The notes under the pieces: model-generated
Database searches by the model: none
What the model was told of the DNA's origin: nothing
What the model saw: only the letters and a program-made list of their open reading frames with translations
Made by a program: the position numbers and the translations under genes
Shown here: in pieces, positions 60,611 through 64,000 of the stretch
Position numbering within the stretch: the stretch's first letter is position 1
How the letters are laid out: each line of letters begins with the position of its first letter
Assembly: GCA_963780185.1 (NCBI GenBank)
Contig: CAWABA010000009.1
Coordinates: 32,001 to 96,000, forward strand
Source: Candidatus Bathyarchaeota archaeon
GTDB taxonomy: Archaea > Thermoproteota > Bathyarchaeia > Bathyarchaeales > Bathycorpusculaceae
Length of the DNA stretch: 64,000 bases
Direction: 5' to 3'

Positions 60611-61765
60611 TTAGCCGATAAGCTTCTTGAGGTAGGGCACCTTTTTCAACCCGACGATTATGCCAAGGCTCACGAAGAGGACGATAACGGTGTTGAGTGG
60701 GACGCCGATGACGGAGTTGATTGTGTTGCCGTTGATGGAGAAGCCCAAGTAACCCTTCTGTATGGTTTCAAGCACCATCACATGGAACAAGTAAAGCGGC
60801 AAAGTGTTCACGCTAATCAACCGAAGCAGCTTTCTGGCTTTTGATTTGCAAGGCGGCTCAACACATATTTCTTTGAGTTTCAAATCGTTTCCTGATTCAG
60901 AGGGCACCGCGAAGGCTTGCGGCGGCGACTTAACCGCAACCAGCAACAGGAACAGGGAGGAGGCTGCCAAAATCAATGTTGGGCTGAGGTAGCCTTGGAA
61001 GAAATACATTTCTGTTCCGCCTACGGTTGCGGCTATCACGTAGGTGCCTATTGCCGTCAAAGTGATTCCCACTGCCGTGTAAAGTGCAAGTTTGGAGCGG
61101 CTAATCTGGAAAGTCAGCAAAAAAGCACCCAATATGAAATATCCCACGTACCCAGTGATCGTCAACACATTAGTGTCCAAATGGAGCGGAGTCACAAGAG
61201 CGATAGTCGGCACGACCGCTGCGCCTAAGAACCATAGAATCAAAATGTACTTTACCAGATTGCGGCTTGCATGCGCCATGATTACACGCAGGATTGGCGT
61301 GACAAGATAAAGCCCCAGCAGCAGGTAGAGGTACCAGAACTGGTAGTAAGGCCCAGTGAGGAAGCCTTGAATTATGCTGTTTTGAGTTATGGGTTCGGTG
61401 CCGATTTTATGGATTACGAGAAAATCCCAAGCGAAAAAGATGGCGCCCCAAAAAATGAAGGGCAAACCGATTCGAGCCACTCTTTTCTTGAAAAATACTC
61501 CGATGGGTTCGGTGAGTTTGCTCGGTTGAAGAAGAAGGGCGCCTGTCAGAAGCAGGAACAATGGTACGCCGAGCCGTCCGATGCTTTGGTAGACGGTAAC
61601 GGTGTTCCAGCGCACGATTTCAAACCAGTTCATTTGTTGGCTGGTTAAGTCGTTTGCGGAGTGGAGAAGTATGACTCCTACGATTGCTACGGTTCGAATT
61701 AGATCCACTGGAACGGAGAAGCCTCTCTCTTTCGACAAGTTTTCCCCTTTTTGCCCTAAATGCAC
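60611..61765 (-). CDS. Acyltransferase family 3 membrane protein
   Basis: DLIRTVAIVGVILLH, VPLFLLLTGALL, RIGLPF..W, FWYLY, LYLFH. Confidence 0.9.
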   Translation of the reverse strand: MHLGQKGENLSKERGFSVPVDLIRTVAIVGVILLHSANDLTSQQMNWFEIVRWNTVTVYQSIGRLGVPLFLLLTGALLLQPSKLTEPIGVFFKKRVARIGLPFIFWGAIFFAWDFLVIHKIGTEPITQNSIIQGFLTGPYYQFWYLYLLLGLYLVTPILRVIMAHASRNLVKYILILWFLGAAVVPTIALVTPLHLDTNVLTITGYVGYFILGAFLLTFQISRSKLALYTAVGITLTAIGTYVIAATVGGTEMYFFQGYLSPTLILAASSLFLLLVAVKSPPQAFAVPSESGNDLKLKEICVEPPCKSKARKLLRLISVNTLPLYLFHVMVLETIQKGYLGFSINGNTINSVIGVPLNTVIVLFVSLGIIVGLKKVPYLKKLIG

Positions 61766-61898
61766 CCGTTTTAAGAGGGTCTTAACCTAAATAAGGGTTA
61801 AGCTGGGGGGCTTGGTTTTGTTGAGGAGTCGGCCGCGAGGAGTTTTTTGCCGTAAAGCAGTTATACATGGAAAGCGATAGCATGGTCAAAGGCAAAGT

Positions 61899-62561
61899 AT
61901 GAATCGCAAAATTAAGCTGTTGACGCTTTTAATTGCTGTTTTAGTGGTTTTGTTAAGTGTGGAAACGTACGCTTGGCAAACCGCTGGAAACAGCCAAAAA
62001 AACTACATCCGTGTGGCATGCGTTGGCGACAGCATAACCTGCGGAACCTCTTACCCAGATGACCTGTGGCTGATGCTTGGCTCAAAATACGTCATCGGCA
62101 ACTTCGGCAATAACGGAGCCACGGTTTTCCTTAATTCAACCAACCCATACATGGAAACGCCCGCCCTCAAAGCTGCCAAGCAGTTTCAACCCCAAATCGT
62201 AATCATCATGCTGGGAACCAACGACGCCGACCCCACACTTAACGAGACCAACGCAGTTTTTGTGGCTGATTACGTGCGGCTGGTGTCGCAGTTTGAGGGG
62301 CTTGCCAGCAAACCGAAAGTTTGGATTATGAATCCGCCGCCGATTTTCAACAACACCGTGGGCTTAAGCGGGCAGTTCCTTGTGCAGAATATCCTTCCAG
62401 GTATAGTGCAAGTGTCGATGGCGACTGGTGTGTCGATGATTGATGCTTATACTCCGTTGGTTAATCATTCAGCGTATTTTCTTGATGGGGTTCATCCTGA
62501 TATCAACGGGTCGATGACTGTCGCGGTGACCGTGTATGACGCGTTGACCTCGCAACGATAG
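61899..62561 (+). CDS. Membrane-anchored SGNH/GDSL hydrolase
   Basis: GDSIT, MLGTND, DGVHP; N-terminal signal/TM. Confidence 0.9.
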   Translation: MNRKIKLLTLLIAVLVVLLSVETYAWQTAGNSQKNYIRVACVGDSITCGTSYPDDLWLMLGSKYVIGNFGNNGATVFLNSTNPYMETPALKAAKQFQPQIVIIMLGTNDADPTLNETNAVFVADYVRLVSQFEGLASKPKVWIMNPPPIFNNTVGLSGQFLVQNILPGIVQVSMATGVSMIDAYTPLVNHSAYFLDGVHPDINGSMTVAVTVYDALTSQR

Positions 62562-62842
62562 CTTTTGAGGCTGGTTTGAAGCCGTATTGTTTGTGTATAA
62601 TTGCGGGAGACAAGCTCTTGGATTAAACAGTTTTTTACACTATTTCCCATGTTGGATTTTCTGTATCGCATGACAATTCTAAATCATTATGTGCAATAGA
62701 TTTATTAAGACCACAAAGCTTAAATAGTAAAACATCGAATCTGCTTGTTTGCGCGGGCCGAGTTTACTATTTCTACCCCAAAAAAAGGAGAAAACTGGAT
62801 TTAGTGACGGCTCTACGCGTATTGAAAGTGAGGTAGAGAAGA

Positions 62843-63781
62843 TTGAGCAAAAAAGAAGTCCGAACACAACAGCGCTTAGCTGATAAGTGTCCAGAATGCG
62901 GAAGCGAAAACTTAGTTCACGATTATGACACGGGTGAAACCGTATGTGGCGATTGTGGATTGGTTCTTTACGAACAAATGATGGACAAAGGACCAGAATG
63001 GCGCGCGTTTACACAAGAAGAAAAGGCCTCAAGGAGCCGCGTTGGAGTACCAACATCCTATTCGGTTCACGACAAAGGATTATCCACTGCAATCAGCCAA
63101 GTTGACAGAGATGCATTTGGAAGAAAACTGCCGCTTTCCACAAGGCTACAAATGTGGCGCCTACGAAAATGGCAAATACGAAGCCGCGTCCACTCATCTA
63201 TTGACCGAAACCTTGCACAAGCCATGGCTGAACTCGACAGGCTATCCGACAAAGTATACATTCCCCCTCCAATCAAAGAAAAAGCCGCTGTGGTTTACCG
63301 TAAGGCGTTAGACAAAGGTTTGGTTCGAGGTAGATCAATCGCTGCTATCGCTGCTGCTTCGCTTTATGCTGCTTGCCGTGGAAGCGGAACACCTCGTACA
63401 CTGCGGGAAATTGCTGAAGCGAGCCTTGTTGACAAAAAAGACGTTGCAAGATGCTATCGGTTGCTGCTTCGCGAGCTTGAAGTTCACATGCCTATCGCTG
63501 ACCCATTAACTTACGTGTCGAAAATCGCTGAGAAAACTGGGATTTCAGGTAAAACTCAGGGTGCAGCTATCCAAATTCTCAGGGAAGCTAGGCGTAAGCG
63601 TGCTGCGGCTGGAAAAGACCCGATGGGTTTAGCTGCTGCTGCTTTGTACATTGCTTGTCTGCAGAATAACGAAAAGAAGACTCAGAAAGACATTGCTGAA
63701 GCCGCTGGCGTCACAGAAGTAACTGTTCGAAACCGGTACAAGACCCTTAAGAAACAACTAAATCTTGAGTTGCCCGACTAA
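62843..63781 (+). CDS. tfb: Transcription initiation factor IIB
   Basis: CPECG...CGDCG, GPEWRAF, two cyclin repeats, VTEVTVRNRYK. Confidence 0.97.
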   Translation: MSKKEVRTQQRLADKCPECGSENLVHDYDTGETVCGDCGLVLYEQMMDKGPEWRAFTQEEKASRSRVGVPTSYSVHDKGLSTAISQVDRDAFGRKLPLSTRLQMWRLRKWQIRSRVHSSIDRNLAQAMAELDRLSDKVYIPPPIKEKAAVVYRKALDKGLVRGRSIAAIAAASLYAACRGSGTPRTLREIAEASLVDKKDVARCYRLLLRELEVHMPIADPLTYVSKIAEKTGISGKTQGAAIQILREARRKRAAAGKDPMGLAAAALYIACLQNNEKKTQKDIAEAAGVTEVTVRNRYKTLKKQLNLELPD

Positions 63782-63796
63782 AACCCTTGACTTTTG

Positions 63797-63979
63797 TCAA
63801 GCATCAGTTTCTTCTTTTTCTTTTTCGTCTGATGATTTTTTGTCTTCTTCAAGTTCCATGACTACGGTTCCAACGTAACCGCATTCTTCGCAGTAATATT
63901 GTTTCGGTGCTAAGCCGCCTATTGTTAAGCCTGTTGCAAGTTTTATTTTGGGGCTGCCGCAGCATGGGCAAAAAATCAT
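63797..63979 (-). CDS. Small zinc-ribbon protein
   Basis: FCPCCGS...YYCEECGY.G. Confidence 0.75.
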   Translation of the reverse strand: MIFCPCCGSPKIKLATGLTIGGLAPKQYYCEECGYVGTVVMELEEDKKSSDEKEKEETDA

Positions 63980-64000
63980 TGTGGGTCTTCGATGTTTTAT

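Noticed and set aside
63785-63800. CTTGAC-TTTT-GTCAAG as a sixth regulon box
   Set aside because: Half-sites are in the opposite order, it is single, and it lies between convergent stop codons; better explained as a terminator hairpin.

Overview
Archaeal chromosomal segment, most consistent with Bathyarchaeia. This is an inference from TFB, RadA, SmAP-L37e, PurP paralogs, hdrCB-mvhGA, tungsten AOR, a diphthamide-less EF-2 paralog and many C-terminally anchored surface proteins. It holds about 65 protein genes and two tRNAs (Ile2-CAU, Gln-UUG). Many genes are broken by single-base frameshifts that look like long-read indel errors. Main points: (1) At the left edge is an AT-richer, tightly coupled minus-strand operon of a divergent PRTase-like protein, an uncharacterised Rossmann/CARF-like protein and a PfkB kinase with a CPxC insert. 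The kinase is missed by the ORF track. The operon looks like an undescribed nucleotide-based defence/conflict system. (2) A paired 16-bp palindrome, GTCAAG-AAAC-CTTGAC, ends exactly 8 bp upstream of the TATA box of five unrelated secreted or membrane-anchored protein genes, suggesting a cell-surface regulon. (3) Two membrane-anchored wHTH regulators have operator-like repeats. (4) Two families of dispersed ~200-280 bp intergenic repeats are present. All calls come from reading the sequence; no database searches were run.
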